Below are positions 1 to 12,590 of a stretch of 64,000 nucleotides of DNA, piece after piece. The first letter of the stretch is position 1, and each line of letters opens with the position of its first letter. The position numbers and the translations under genes are program-made. Below the pieces are notes generated by a model. The model did not search any database and was not told where the DNA came from. It was given only the letters and a program-made list of their open reading frames with translations. Source of the stretch: Mustelus asterias (lineage: Eukaryota); the NCBI RefSeq assembly GCF_964213995.1, contig NW_027590121.1, positions 124,001-188,000 of the forward strand. The letters are read 5' to 3'.

Positions 1-1478
1 CTCCAGAAACTTTTATTTGACCGAAAGTACGTAAAACTGCAGTTCACCGCTCTCACATGTGACAGCTGTAAATTACAGGAAATAATGTTGTGGTGTGACA
101 CTTCACTGTGAACAGTGGTATATTTAGGACAAGCACCCGTCGATGAATTGTCAATGTTATGGCAAAGGAGACTTGGAGAGTGAACTTTGCCAGCCATTGC
201 ATTTCATGGTGCACGGTCACAGGGTTTACTGAAGGAAAAAATCAGCGCAATGTTTCTAATTAATAGCGTTGATCAGTGAGGAGGACAGCAAAAGAGAGAG
301 AGGGAGGGTATGTCTGTGAGAGAGAGGTCGTGCGGGTTCCCATGCTTGTGATGTAAGATTTTGGTTACGATTGTTCACAAACACAAAGTATCCAGAAAAT
401 ACAAGGACTTGAAAATCTCTTCATTTCGCTATGAGCGCCAGAGAGACAACTCTTTGTGGCGGTGATCCACAATGCCCCGTGTCCTCTGTATAAATAATGT
501 TTCAAACAGCACACACAGCGGCTGCACTGGAAATAAACTTCCATCATTTGTAAAGTGCTTTCAGATGTCCAGAATCCATCAAGGGCGCGAGACCAGTAAA
601 AAAAACTTTTATTTCCCTTGAAGAGTAATAGTTTATTCCAAAGGTTAAACATGTTATCCGGCCGCTTCCATCAGGACGCGCAAAGGTTGCTGCTTTAAAT
701 TTCCGTTTCTTTATTTTAATCCATGATTGGGTGGATGAACAGTCACTAACTCCCGGGATATCCAGGATTCAGTCTTCAGTCTATTCCGAGATTCTTTCCT
801 CCCCACAAGACACACGGATTCTTTCAGGAAAAACAATGCCAGAAGGTACTTGGGTGACGCTGATGGAAAGTGACTGAGGCATCGAGAGGTTGCTCCTATC
901 TATCTCTCAGTTATCAGGCTGATCACCTCGATTAACCGTTGCATCAATCCGGCATGTGTAAATATAAACTATATATAAATTGTCAAAACAGTGTAAATAC
1001 CTCAGAATTAACAATATACGCGCTAATCTACACACAACGCTTGCCAGGCTAGGTTCCGTTGTTATTTTTACCGCCGATGAAGCAGAAGATTTGAGGAGAC
1101 TCTAGTCACAGGATCCATTCAGATGCGGCCGTGCACTCCGCGGCGGATGGTGAATTGTCAAAGGTGCCGAATGAGATGTTAAATCGAGGGCACCGACTGC
1201 CTTCTCAGATGGACGTGATAGTGCGCAAGGACACTATTTCGAAGAAGAGCAGTAGAGTTGCTCTAGTCAATAACTACCCAAGAATAAACGTCCTGAAACA
1301 GGCTATGCATAATAATGTTGTTTGAAGGACCATGGTGGGGGCCAAATTGGCTTGTGTTTTTTTCATTCATCGTATGAGTGACATTAAACACATTGTGTGA
1401 CATCCGGTAAATCGGCATATAAATATTCTATAATGATTCACTCAACTGCCACATTGGAATGTTGAGTAATGCTCTGAC

Positions 1479-1517
1479 AGTTTTTGTACAGGTTCAGCCC
1501 ATTTCTGTGTCTCTGTG
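1479..1517 (-). other. 23-RSS of V1
   Basis: CACAGAG (1517-1511), 23-bp spacer, ACAAAAACT (1487-1479). Confidence 0.9.
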
Positions 1518-2460
1518 GGTCTCAGTGCGCAGTAATACACCCCGGAGTCTGCCAGCTCTATCTTAGACACATTCAGCGGAATGGTGCTCTTCATAAAGTC
1601 AAACTCTGCAGAGAAACGGTCCCCTCGGAATCTTTCTGTGTTCCCGCTGTACCTACTTTTCTGATACAGAAACTCCATGGACCCGCTGGGATACTGACGA
1701 TACCAGAATAGAATACGTGAATTTTACCAGAAAGCCTAATGTCTGCAGTACAAATCTTGAGAAATACTTAGCTAGTCTGACAAACTCCGGTAAGATGTTA
1801 CTTGAGATTTGCTGGCATTGTATTAAAATCAGAAGGGAAGATTAGATAATTTTTAAATGTTGACACTTTCTCTTATTTTCTGGCTCATCGCTGGGTCGTT
1901 GCTGGTTGCAGCTGTAAAGTTACAGAACAACTGACCGTCACGTCCTTCACTCACTGTGACTGCAGCTGGTGTCTGTGTAACAGAGTCTCCTCCACAATAT
2001 CCTAAAGTATTCAGAGTAACAACAAATTAAACGATGTCAAACAACTACGTTTGTCACACCGAATCTGCATTTTGCCCTGCGCAACAGCCGGATAAATAAC
2101 TTGGTGCAACGAAAGTGAAACATATTTCCAACATCTCTGGGATTATAACTTGATTATATTTGATTCGAATAATAAGATTTCTGGAATGCACATTTGGCGC
2201 CATCTATCGGGTTCAGTTCCCCTCTAGCGTTTCCTGCAATTAGGGGAAACTGACAACTGTCCATAGGTTTTCAAGTCCACTGTTTGTCACAGGGTGTGTG
2301 GCGGTAAAGTGGTGAGGGTTAATTTATGATCAATCCATTGTTACCGATGTGATGATGCCATGTGTGGTAAATATATGAAACACAGCTTTGTGAAACTTGT
2401 GAACTGACCGGTTAACAGAGCAGCCGCTGTGAGGAATAAACACAAAGTGACAGGAGACAT
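1518..2460 (-). pseudogene. TCR alpha/delta V segment (V1), disrupted by a ~180-bp insertion in CDR1
   Basis: Leader exon 2460-2409 (MSPVTLCLFLTAAALLT/G, GT donor). V exon starts at 2001 (GDSVTQTPAAVTVSEGRDGQLFC... then ILFWYRQYPSGSMEFL...DSGVYYCALRP). Cys23 and Trp41 are 219 nt apart with in-frame stops between them. Confidence 0.88.
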
Positions 2461-2560
2461 GTTTTCAGAGACCTCATAGCACAGTCAACAGCAATGGGCT
2501 GAGGCTGAAAGTTTTCACTCAAGAATTGAGAAGCGGGTGAGCAACACCCACTACTCTTCT

Positions 2561-2590
2561 GATTGGTTCTTCGCCGCGTGCGTCATCAGT
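2561..2590 (-). promoter_or_regulatory. V1 promoter: CRE-like element and CCAAT box
   Basis: Minus strand TGATGACGCA followed by CCAATC, ~100-130 bp upstream of the leader ATG. Confidence 0.5.
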
Positions 2591-2814
2591 TGACATTGAA
2601 TCATCTAAAACAAATATGCGAACGATTCAACCAATAATGTCAAACTCCTTGGATCTTCAATTCCTACCCTCCACGCGGAGTGAAAGGTGATTTTATTCAT
2701 CTTAACCTGAGTACCCTCTGTGCAATAATTCCAGCGTTGGTCCTTTAGCTGCTCAATCTGTACAGCGGAGTCAGAGAAGGGAAACAATGAATGAAACAGT
2801 GAATGTATGGCCAC

Positions 2815-3140
2815 ATTCCCCTACAACTCAATTTTCAAGTTTGCTGATGACACCACCGTGGTGGGTCGGATTTCAAACAATGATGAGGCAGGAAAGAGAT
2901 GGAGAATCTGGTGAACTGGTGCGAGGACAGTAGTCGCTCCCTGAATGTCAGTTAAACGAAAGAGATAGTCATCGACTTCATTAAGCGTAGTGGAGGACAT
3001 GCACTATCGACATCAACGGGGATGAAGTGGGAATGGTCGAGAGCTTCAAGGTTTCTCGATGTCCAGATCACCAACAACTCGTCCTGATCCATCCACGCCG
3101 GCGCTATATATAAGAAAGCCCACCAACACCTCTCAAGAGG
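2815..3140 (+). mobile_element. Degenerate non-LTR retrotransposon RT fragment (Rex1/Babar-like)
   Basis: Translates to FKFADDTTVVGRISNNDE...LVNWC...TKEIVIDF with stops and indels. Confidence 0.65.
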
Positions 3141-3305
3141 CGAAGGGCTAGAACTTAGAACTATAACGTTTTCCTTTCACTGTCTCTAGGTCGAAATGCG
3201 GAGCTCTCTCCCGAATGGTTTTGTGTATATACTTACAACACATGGACTGCAGCAGTCCAAGACGGCAGCTCACTATCACTTTTACAAAGGCAAGTGATGG
3301 GCAAT

Positions 3306-4535
3306 CATAGAGTCATAGAGGTTTGCAGCATGGAAAAAAGGCCCTTCGACCCAAATTGTCCATGCCGCCCATTTTTTTAAACCTCTAAGCTAATCCCACT
3401 TGCCCGCATTTGGCACATATCCCTCTATACCCATCGTACCCATGTAACTATCTAAATGCTTTTTAAAAGGCAAAATTGTACTCGCCTCTACTACTACCTC
3501 TGGCAGCTTGTTCCAGACACCTACCATCCTCTGTGTGAAACAATTGCCCTTCTGAACACTTTTATATCTCTCCCCTCACACCTTAAACATATGCCCTCTA
3601 GTTTTAAAAAACACCTACCTTTGGGAAAAGATATTGACTATCTAGCTGATCTGTGCCCCTCATTTCATAGACCTCTATAAGATCACCCCTCAGCCTCCTA
3701 CGCTCCAGAGGAAAAAGTCCCAGTTTATCCAGCCTCTCCTTCTAACTCAATCCATCAAGTCCCGGTAGCATCCTAGTAAATCTTTTCTGCACTTCTTCTA
3801 GTTTAATAATATCCTTTCTATAATAGGGTGACCAGAATTGCACACAGTATTCCAAGTGTGGCCTGACCAATGTCTTGTACAACTTCAACAAGACATTCCA
3901 ACTCCTGTATTCAATGTTCTGACCGATGAAACCAAGCGTGCCAAATGTCTTCTTCACCACTCTGTCCACCTGTGACCCCACTTTCAAGGAGCTATGAACA
4001 TGTACCCCAAGATCTCTCTGTAACTCTCCCCAACGCCCTACCATTAACTGAGTAAGTCCTGCCCTGGTTCAATCTACCAAAATGCATCACCTCGCATTTG
4101 TCTAAATTAAACTCCATCTGCCATTCATCAGCCCACTCGCCCAATTGATAAAGATCCCGTTGCAATTGGAGATAACTTTCTTCACTGTCCACTATGCCAC
4201 CAATCTAAGTGTCATCTGCAAACTTAGTAACCATGCCCCCTATATTCTCATCCAAATCATTAATATAAATGACAATAACAGTGGACCCAGCACTGATCCT
4301 TGAGGCACACCGCTGGTCACATGCCTCCAGTTTGAAAAACAAGTCTCTACAACCACCCTCTGGTTTCTGTCAATGAGCCAATTTTGTATCCATTTAGATA
4401 CCTCACCCTAAATCCCGTGAGATTTAACCTTATGCAACAATCTGCCATGCGGTACCTTGTCAAAGGCCCTGCTAAAGTCCGTGTAGACAACATCAACTGC
4501 ACTGCCCTCATCTACCTTCTTGGTTACCCCTTCAA
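3306..4535 (-). mobile_element. CR1 LINE, 5'-truncated (RT C-terminus and 3' tail)
   Basis: ORFs 3742-4044 and 3992-4192 contain LVRPHLEYCVQFWSP and WQMEFN..KCEVMHFG; short-repeat tail near 3306. Confidence 0.9.
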
Positions 4536-4794
4536 AAATACAGCTTTGACAATAACGTTCACTTTTACTAAAGATGAAAAGAACACAACCTCTTACCCAT
4601 TACGTCAATCAAACCAACAACTGAACCAACCTCCTCATGCCCCCTTCGGCGAATGCGTTTAAATTTCATGAAATTTAATTCAGAATATGTGGGCGACTCG
4701 GGGTAACTTGCACCGACGAAAGACAGATAGAGATGAAATAGTAAATTACTGCAAACGACTGTCAGATTGTATGAATCGTTTTTTTTTTCACACT

Positions 4795-4965
4795 TGGCAC
4801 AGTTAGCACTCCTGCCTCACAACTCCAGGGACTTGGGTCACTGTCTGTGTGAAGTTTGTACATTCTCCCCGTGTCTGCGTGGATTTCCTCCGGGTGCTCC
4901 GGTTTCCTCCCACAGTCTGAAGATGTGCGGGTTAGGTTAATTGGCCGTGCTAAATTGCCCCTTTG
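4795..4965 (+). mobile_element. HE1-type V-SINE fragment
   Basis: V-domain core TTCTCCCCGTGTCTGCGTGGATTTCCTCCGGGTGCTCCGGTTTCCTCCCAC. Confidence 0.8.
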
Positions 4966-5089
4966 TGAATAGCCCGCACTGTAGGGATTCCATGATTCTA
5001 TTTCACCGATGCTATAATGTATATTGGCAACTTCTGTCCTGCCAAGAGGCGAGGGTCTCTTGCCGTGAATCTAACTTTTTATCACTGAA

Positions 5090-5396
5090 TGCCTCAGGGA
5101 GCAGAAATAAATTGCAGTGCCTCTCAGTTACAGCCCAGAGATGGGGAAAGTGAATTTTCTTGTCAAGCTGTTAAATTGCGCAAAAGAAGTATTTGGCAAA
5201 ACCTGTCTCATCGCTGAACCTCCCGCGTATTTTATCAGAATAAGCTCTGGCTTTGTTTCAGGAATGTTGCCGGTAGCAGTATAAATCATTGCAGTCGCTC
5301 GGTGTAGGATTATAGATGGAGGTTAAAGTCACCGCTTCTCCTTCTGTCTTAACTCCTGAGAATAGCAGCTGCTGATAGCGTTTCCATGACTCAGAT
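5090..5396 (-). pseudogene. TCR alpha/delta V pseudogene (V2), same family as V4/V10/V11
   Basis: Acceptor CCAG|ATCTGAGTCATGGA; KTEGEAVTLT and AIYFCSLR remnants; Cys23 and Trp41 mutated, frameshifts; heptamer decayed to TTCAGTG (5089-5083); leader relic without ATG at ~5598-5642. Confidence 0.8.
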
Positions 5397-6316
5397 CTGG
5401 AAAAAAAGATGTTCCAATGGTGATAGGTCAAACATGCGAGAATTTAAAAATCAGATTCGCAACATGTTGGAAGTAAAAGGACAAGTAAAATGTTTTGGAT
5501 CCGCTCATGTCGTAATTTCCACCATTTTACAAATAAGAATACATTGTTTAGTGCGGTTAGGGGGAGAGTGGAGTATTAGTCGGGAGGAAATACTTACTGA
5601 GATGTTACAGAGTTAGCAGGAAGGAAAGAGATAGTTCCGAATGTCGCTCCCGTTGTCTGTAACTCTGCAGACAATGAACCCCTCTGTCAAAGCAAGTGCT
5701 GGTCCCCAACCACAGAACTGCTCAGCCAACCGATGGCAGCCAGGGGATAGGTGCATCAATCTCACCACTTCAGAGACAAGGGCAGGCAGGTCAAATGGAA
5801 ACTGTGAGAGGTCCGACAACTGGCGCTGTTATCCTCCTGGGGTCTGTGCTTAAGAAATGATCGCGCTGTTCTCACTTTCTATCTTGTGTTGAAGTATTTC
5901 TATCTGTGAAACAAATCAACCCAAAAGACAGATTCTGGCCGGTGTGACTCGCTACAGAGGGTCATGTGTTTCTCTCAATCAGCTCCCCACCCAAGTGTCT
6001 GACTGATACCTACAACAATATTGGATACATCATGTAGTAAAAACATTTCCTGCAATTTTACTCCAATTTTAATTGTAGAGACGGACTCGGGAACACGGGT
6101 TCGAAGTGAAAAGTGCATTTCTGGGATAATATCGAAAAATGCTTCTCATTCACAGAAAGTGGTAAATGTGCGAAATAAATTTCTGGTTTCAATGGAAGGT
6201 GGCTGGAACCCTAGATATTTAAGGAGATGTTTGCAGATATATTCGTGGAGGGAGTTACTACATTTTCGTAAGTGGTTGCATGACCTCCCTCAATCCCAGT
6301 GATCACATGAACTGGA

Positions 6317-7690
6317 ATGAACAAAGAACAAAGAACAATACAGCACAGGAACAGGCCCTTCGGCCCTCCAAGCCTGCGCCACTTATGTGCCCAACTAGAC
6401 CATTCGTTTATATCCCTGTATTCCCAGTCTGTTCATGTGGCTATCTAGATAACTCTTAAACGATCCCAGCGTGTCCGCTTCAATCACCTTGCTTGGCAGT
6501 GCATTCCAGGCCCCCACCACCCTCTGTGTAAAATACGTCCCCCTGACATCTGTGTTGAACCTTGCCCCCCTCACCTTGAACCCGTGACCCCTTGTGTTCG
6601 TCACCTCCGACCTGGGAAAAAGCTTCCCACTGTTCACCCTATCTATGCCCTTCATAATTTTATACACCTCTATTAGGTCGCCCCTCATCCTCCGCCTTTC
6701 CAGGGAGAACAACTCTAGTTTACCCAATCTCTCCTCATAGCTAAGACCCTCCATACCAGGCAACATCCTGGTAAACCTTTTCTGTACTCTCTCCATAGCC
6801 TCCACGTCCCTTTGGTAGTGTGACGACCAGAACTGGACGCAGTATGCCAAATGTGACCGAACCAACGTTCTATACAGCTGCAACATCATATGCCAACTGT
6901 TATATTCTGTGCCCCGTCCAATAAAGGCAAGCATGCCATATGCCTTCTTGACCAGCCTCTCCACCTGTGCTGCCACCTTTAAGGATCTGTGGACTTGTAC
7001 ACCCAGGTTCTGCCATTTATTGTACAGCTCCCCCTTACATTAGATCTACCGAAATGCATCACTTCGCATTCATCTGGATTAAATTCCATTTGCCATTTCT
7101 CAGCCCAGTGTTCCAGCCTATCTACATCCTGCTGTAATATCTGACAATGTTCATCACTATCCGCAACTCCTGCAATCTTTGTGTCGTCCACAAACTTACT
7201 GATCACACCAGCTACACCTTCCTCCAAATCATTTATATATATATATATATATATATCACAAACAGCAGAGGTCCCAGTACAGAGCTCTCCGGAACACCAC
7301 TCGTCACAGACCTCCAACCGGAAAAAGACCCCTCCACTGTTACCCTCTGTCATCTATGGCTAAGCCAGTTCTCCACCCATCTAGCTAGCTCACCATTTAT
7401 CCCGTAAAGTTTAAACTTTTGCACCAGCCTGCGATGAGGGACGCTTTACTAAAATCCATATCGACGACATCCACGGCCCTTCCCTCGTCAATCGTTTTTG
7501 TCACCTCCTCAAAACACTCAACCAAATTTGAGAGGCATGACCTCCCTCGTACAAAACCATGCTGTCTATCGCGAATGAGATTATTCAGTTCTAAATGCGC
7601 ATATATCCTATCTCTAAGAATCTTCTCCAACAATTTCCCTACCACGGACGTCAAGCTCAGCGACCTATAAATACGCGCGGGTTATCCTTG
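6317..7690 (-). mobile_element. CR1 LINE, 5'-truncated, with an internal (TA)n expansion
   Basis: ORFs 6395-6976, 6979-7353 and 7397-7654 are CR1 RT; (AAAGAAC)n tail near 6317. Confidence 0.9.
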
Positions 7691-8219
7691 ACAAAAACAC
7701 TATTTCTGTTTCTCCTTATATTCCCGACGTAGAAACACTTTGTGTTCTTCTGCAACAGGGAAATAGTGTCCAAACTTTGCCAGTCTTGATGTTATTCAGT
7801 AAATTGTCATACAAATCGATCTATGAATATTCATTTAAAATAAAACGAGATACATTGGATCATGCTGCTGTATTTTTCCAACTGATTAGAAATATCGGTT
7901 TACAGTAGCTGATAGAAATTGATGCTGCCGTTGCAGATATAGAACTGGAACCCACCATCACAACGAGTGATTCCACTGTCTGTTCAAATGTTGAGCAGTG
8001 AAAATTTCAATCATTCTCTTCTGTGTCACGACGGTAGTGAGTCAATAAGTCAATTCACTCAACAAAGCCAGAATCAGTCAATCTTTCTCGCAACTTTCAA
8101 ACATGTTGTTATTCTCTACCAATTGCCATTGAGCTATACGAATAAGTGAATGCATTTGGTGATGGCAAAAATGTGCTTACCCTCTCGGGGAACACAATCA
8201 TATTGATGCACACACAAGG

Positions 8220-9260
8220 TAGGAATGGATTCCAAAGGCATGAATTCATGAAAAGAAAAAGGAAATCATGTCTGACTAATTTATTAGATTTCTTGGAGAA
8301 GTCCATCCCAGAGTGGATAGAAAGGGACCAGGGGATGTATTGTTTTTGGACTTCCAGAAGGTGTTCGACAAGGTACCTCGCAAAATGTTAACTCGTAACA
8401 TAAGAGCCCATGATGTTGGGGGTAGTATATTTGTCGGTAGAGAATTGGCTGATGGCAGGAAGCAGCATTTTAGGATAAAGGGTTTTCAGTTTGGCGACGT
8501 GTAACCGTAGGGTTCCAGAGGGATTAATACTGGGATCACAACTGTTTACAATAAATGTTAATGACTTGGAGGGAGGAAGCAAATATATCGTAGAAAGTTT
8601 TTCAGACACAAAAATAGGTGGGAAGGCAACTTGCGACAGGGATACAAACAGTTGATATCGAGATTTTGATAGGTTATCTAAGTAGTCGAAAAGTTGGAAA
8701 ATGAAATTTAATGCGGGGAAACCTGAAAGTGTTCAATTTGGATGGGAGAACAAACGAACAGAGTGCTATGCAAATAGGGAAACTGGATAACACTGCCACA
8801 CAAAGGGACTTAGGGGTACTTGTGCATGAAACACAGAAAGTTAGCAGACATGTGCAGCAAGTAATCAAGAAGGATAATGGGATGTTGACTTTCATTTCAA
8901 GGGTGTTGGAGTATAAGAGTAGCGAAGTTTTGCTGCAGCTGTACAAGGTATTGGTGAGACCACATCTGGAGTTCCGTCAGCAGCTTTGGTCCCCTTATTT
9001 AACGACATATCTTATTTCATTGCAGGTAGTTCAGGGAAGGTTTACAAAGCTGATCCCGAGTATGGAGGCATTGTCTTATGAGGAAAGATTAAACAGGTTG
9101 GGACACTACTCATTGGAATTTACAAAAATGACATGTGCCCTCATTGAAACATAGGATTATTGACGGCCTTGAGAGTCTAAATGCTGAGAAGATGTTTCCT
9201 CTCGTGGGAGAGTCCAGGGACAGAGGGCATAGTTTCAGAATAAACGAGTGCTAATTTATG
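8220..9260 (+). mobile_element. Old CR1 fragment
   Basis: LDFQKVFDKVP and LVRPHLEF motifs in ORFs 8313-8504 and 8711-9154. Confidence 0.8.
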
Positions 9261-9304
9261 AGTGAGATTATTTATTCTATTAGATTAAACACCCTGACAT
9301 CCTC

Positions 9305-9478
9305 CATAGTAAGAAGTCTCACTACACCAGGTTAAAGACCAACAGGTTTATTTGGAATCACGAGCTTTCAGAGCGCTGTTCCCTCATCAGGCGAGTCACC
9401 TGTTGGACTTTAACCTGGTGTTATGAGACTTCTTAACGTGTCAACACAAATTCAACGCCGGCATCTCCACATCATGGA
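9305..9478. mobile_element. Penelope-like terminal-repeat fragment in inverted arrangement
   Basis: ACACCAGGTTAAAGACCAACAGGT followed by its inverse ACCTGTTGGACTTTAACCTGGTG; shares sequence with the GIY-YIG element at 10885; CTGATGA..GAAA core on the minus strand at 9390-9366. Confidence 0.65.
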
Positions 9479-9489
9479 TCCTCCATAGC

Positions 9490-10730
9490 GCATAGACACT
9501 TAGAAACGAGAAGCAAGCGTCGGCCATTCGGTCCTTTTAACCTGCTCCGCCATTCATTTTGATCATAGCTGATTATCAAATTCAAAATCCTGATCCTGCC
9601 CTCCACCGATATCCCTTGATCCCTTTAAACCCAAGAGCGATATCTAGTTTCTTCTTGAAATCACACAAAGTTTTGACCTCAACTGCTTCCTGTGGTAGTG
9701 AATTCCATGCATTCTCCACTCTCTGGGTGAAGAAATCTCTGCTCACCTCAGTCCGAAAAGGTTTAAGCCTTACCCTCCAACTGCGACTCTTAGTTCTGGA
9801 CACCCCCATCATCGGGAAAAGTCTTTCTGAATCTATTCTGTCTCATCCTGGAAAGGGAGCAGGGCGAAGGTTTAACAGGCTGATTCCTGGGATGGCGGGT
9901 TTGTCATATGAAGAGAGACTAAATCGGTCAGGATTATATTCACTGGAGTTAGATGAGTGGGAGGGGGTCTCATAGAAACTTAGAAAATTCTAACAGGTTT
10001 AGGCAGGGTAGATTCAGAAAGAATGTTCCTAGTGATGGGGGAGTCCAGAACTAGGGGTCATAGTCTGAGGAAAAGGGGTAAACGTGTTAGAACTGAGGTA
10101 GGAAGAAATCTCTTCACCCAGAGGGTGGTGAATGTATGGAATTCACTACCACAGAATGTACTGGAGGCCAAAACGTTTTCTGATTTCAAGAATAAATTAA
10201 ATATAGCTCTTGGGACTAAAGGGATCAAAGGGTATGAGAGGAAGGGCGAATCAGGATGTTAAATTTGATGATCAACCATGATCAAAATGAATAGCGGAGA
10301 AGGCTCGATGGGCCGAATGGCTTATTCGGCTTCTAACTTCTGTGTGTCTTTGTAATCCTCTTATGAGGTTTCTATGAGAACTCCTCTCACTCTTTTGAAC
10401 TCCAATCAATACAATTCTAACTGATTTATTCTCTACTGAAATGCCAAACCTAACATCACAAGAAACAGCCTGGTAAACCTTCTCTGCACTCCCTCTGTAG
10501 CAAGGACATCCTTTCTCGGATGAGGACGCCAAATCTACACGCAATACTCCAGGTGTGGCCCCAACAATGCCCGATAGAATTGCAGCAAAACATCCCTATT
10601 CCTGTGCTCAAATGCTCTTGCTATGAAGGCTAGCATATCATTTTTCTTCTTCACTGCCTGCTGTAACTGCACGTTTACTTTCAGCGACTGACGCACGAGG
10701 ACACCAGGCTCTCGCTGAGTATCCATCTCG
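9490..10730. mobile_element. Three adjacent CR1 3' fragments (-, +, -)
   Basis: FFTQRVENAWNSLP (9582-9812 -), LFTQRVVNVWNSLP (10023-10262 +), RALLGPHLEYCV (10535-10726 -). Confidence 0.8.
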
Positions 10731-10875
10731 CTCCTGCTTTATCACTTTGGCGGGATAACAACTGCAAGCCCAAATGTTGAGATCAAAGTTTAGTACAACT
10801 ACCAAGATCACCGAGTTAACGATTAGCAAAGTCCTGATCTCCGAAACAGCTGTGTATTTCAGTGCCATGAGTCCC
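10731..10875 (+). pseudogene. 5'-truncated TCR V relic (V3)
   Basis: TTKITELTISKVLISETAVYFSAMSP (Cys104 changed to Ser), then heptamer CACACTG at 10876-10882; the 5' half is replaced by CR1. Confidence 0.75.
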
Positions 10876-10884
10876 CACACTGCT

Positions 10885-11621
10885 GTGGAGATGCCGGCGT
10901 TGGACTGGGGTAAACACAGTAAGAAGTTTAACAACACCAGGTTAAAGTCCAACAGGTTTATTTGGTAGCAAAAGCCACACAAGCTTTCGGAGCTCCAAGC
11001 CCCTTCTTCAGGTGAGTGGGAATTCTATTCCTAAAAAAGGCATATAAAGACACAGACTCAATTTACAGAATAATGGTTGGAGTGCGAATCCTTACAGCTA
11101 ATCAAGTCTTTCAGAAACAAAACAACGTGAGTGGAGAGAGCATCAAGACAGGCTAAACATATGTGTATTGTCTCCAGACAAAACAGCCAGTGAAACTCTG
11201 CAGGTCCAGGCAACTGTGGGGGTTACAGATAGTGGGACATGAACCCAATATCCCGGTTAAGGCCGTCCTTGTGTGTGCGGAACTTGGCTATCAGTTTCTG
11301 CTCAGCGACTCTGCGCTGTCGTGTGTCGCGAAGGCCGCCTTGGAGAACGCTTACCCGAATATCAGAGGCCGAATGCCCGTGATCCCTGAAGTGCTCCCCA
11401 ACAAGAAGAGAACAGTCTTGCCTGGTGATTGTCGAGCGGTGTTCATTCATCCGTTGTCGCAGCGTCTGCATAGTTTCCCCAATGTACCATGCCTCGGGAC
11501 ATCCTTTCCTGCAGCGTATCAGGTAGACAACGTTGGCCAAGTTGCAAGAGTATGTACCGTGTACCTGGTGGAGGGTGTTCTCACGTGTGATGATGGCATC
11601 TGTGTCAATGATATCTTGATA
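10885..11621 (-). mobile_element. Penelope-like retroelement fragment (GIY-YIG endonuclease and terminal repeat) with a 13-bp TSD
   Basis: ORF 11223-11681 has NVVYLIRC..WYIGET..RQRMNEH..GLNRD; flanked by TCCCCACACTGCT at 10872-10884 and 11622-11634. Confidence 0.88.
10978..11018 (-). ncRNA. Minimal hammerhead ribozyme motif of the Penelope-like element
   Basis: CUGAAGA-A-GGGGCU-UGG-AGCUCC-GAAA-GCUU: conserved core, paired stem II and palindromic AAGCUU. Minimal hammerheads are known in Penelope-like elements. Confidence 0.6.
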
Positions 11622-11625
11622 TCCC

Positions 11626-11665
11626 CACACTGCTCCAGAGATGCATCGGGTCCCAGTCAAAATCC
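11626..11665 (+). other. Displaced 23-RSS of V3
   Basis: CACACTG, 23/24-bp spacer, (G)TCAAAATCC, on the far side of the Penelope insertion. Confidence 0.6.
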
Positions 11666-12164
11666 CACAGCGACAATTCAAGTGACTACGCAGCAGAGGG
11701 CGCTCTCACACTGGTGAAGAGCAGCAATAATTCACTCAGCGGCGTGAGTGCCAGAGGGATCTTTCTCAACCTGCAAATAATACAAAGCACAACAATAGAT
11801 CTTGAGGTCCACTCGTAGAACTATATTATTTTATGATTTCAATTCGCAACATATTAAAAATAGACTCCATAAGTACATCTGTGGAGCCTTAATTGTTTAC
11901 ATGTTAATTGACCTCGTTCCTTTCAATTTATTTTCCCACTCTGTTCCTTGCCACCTCCAGTTTCAACTTTTCACCTGTAATTGCTTTACTTTCTTCCAAG
12001 ATTTAGTTTAACGGTTCAGAACCTAATTTTCCGCTCGGCATCTTAAATCAGTCTGGCAAAACTCCACTGAGCCACAAAAGGAAACTATCAGGCGGGGCCA
12101 ATGAATAACCAAAGATTCTCTCCTCTTCTGTCCACCGCCATCGGAACACTTCTCCGAATAGGCA

Positions 12165-12590
12165 CCAGTGGGCGGCACGCTGGCACTGCTGCCTCACAGC
12201 GCCAGAGCCTCTGGTCACTGCCTGTGTGGAGTTTGCACGTTCTCGTCCGGTTTCCGGAGGAAGAGGGTAGCTAAAGAGAGGGTGGGTCCACACAAGCACA
12301 GTGGAGAGAATTTGTGTGTGGAGCCAGATGAGGTGGGTGAGGTCTTTAGTGACTACTTTGCATCAGTATTCACAAAGGAGAAGGATGTGCTGGATGGAGA
12401 GTGTAGAAAGGAGGGATGTTGACATTCTAGGACATGTTGAGTTGATTGGCCATACTAAATTGCCCCTTAGTGTTCGGGGGACTGGTAGGATAAGTAGGTG
12501 GGGTTATGGGGTAGGGCCTCGATGGGATGGCGGAGGGTGCAGACTTGATGGACCAAATAGCCTCCTTCTGCAATGTATGCAATGATAATT
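12165..12590 (+). mobile_element. HE1-type SINE interrupted by a short CR1 piece
   Basis: GCACTGCTGCCTCACAGCGCCAG...TGTGTGGAGTTTGCAC head; CR1 peptide YFASVFTKEKD in the middle; SINE 3' part resumes at ~12431. Confidence 0.7.

Noticed and set aside
365-652. ORF with STLQM..VYFQC resembling a V end
   Set aside because: No framework motifs in register, no leader and no RSS.
1719-1891. The V1 insert as a novel intron splitting the V exon
   Set aside because: An in-frame TAA lies 7 codons before Trp41 with no AG acceptor between them, so splicing cannot restore the ORF.
5090-5396. V2 as a NAR-TCR supporting V (Cys in CDR1, no working leader)
   Set aside because: The segment is heavily decayed, a leader relic is present, the Cys is one change from the family's Tyr codon, and no NAR V-D-J lies upstream.
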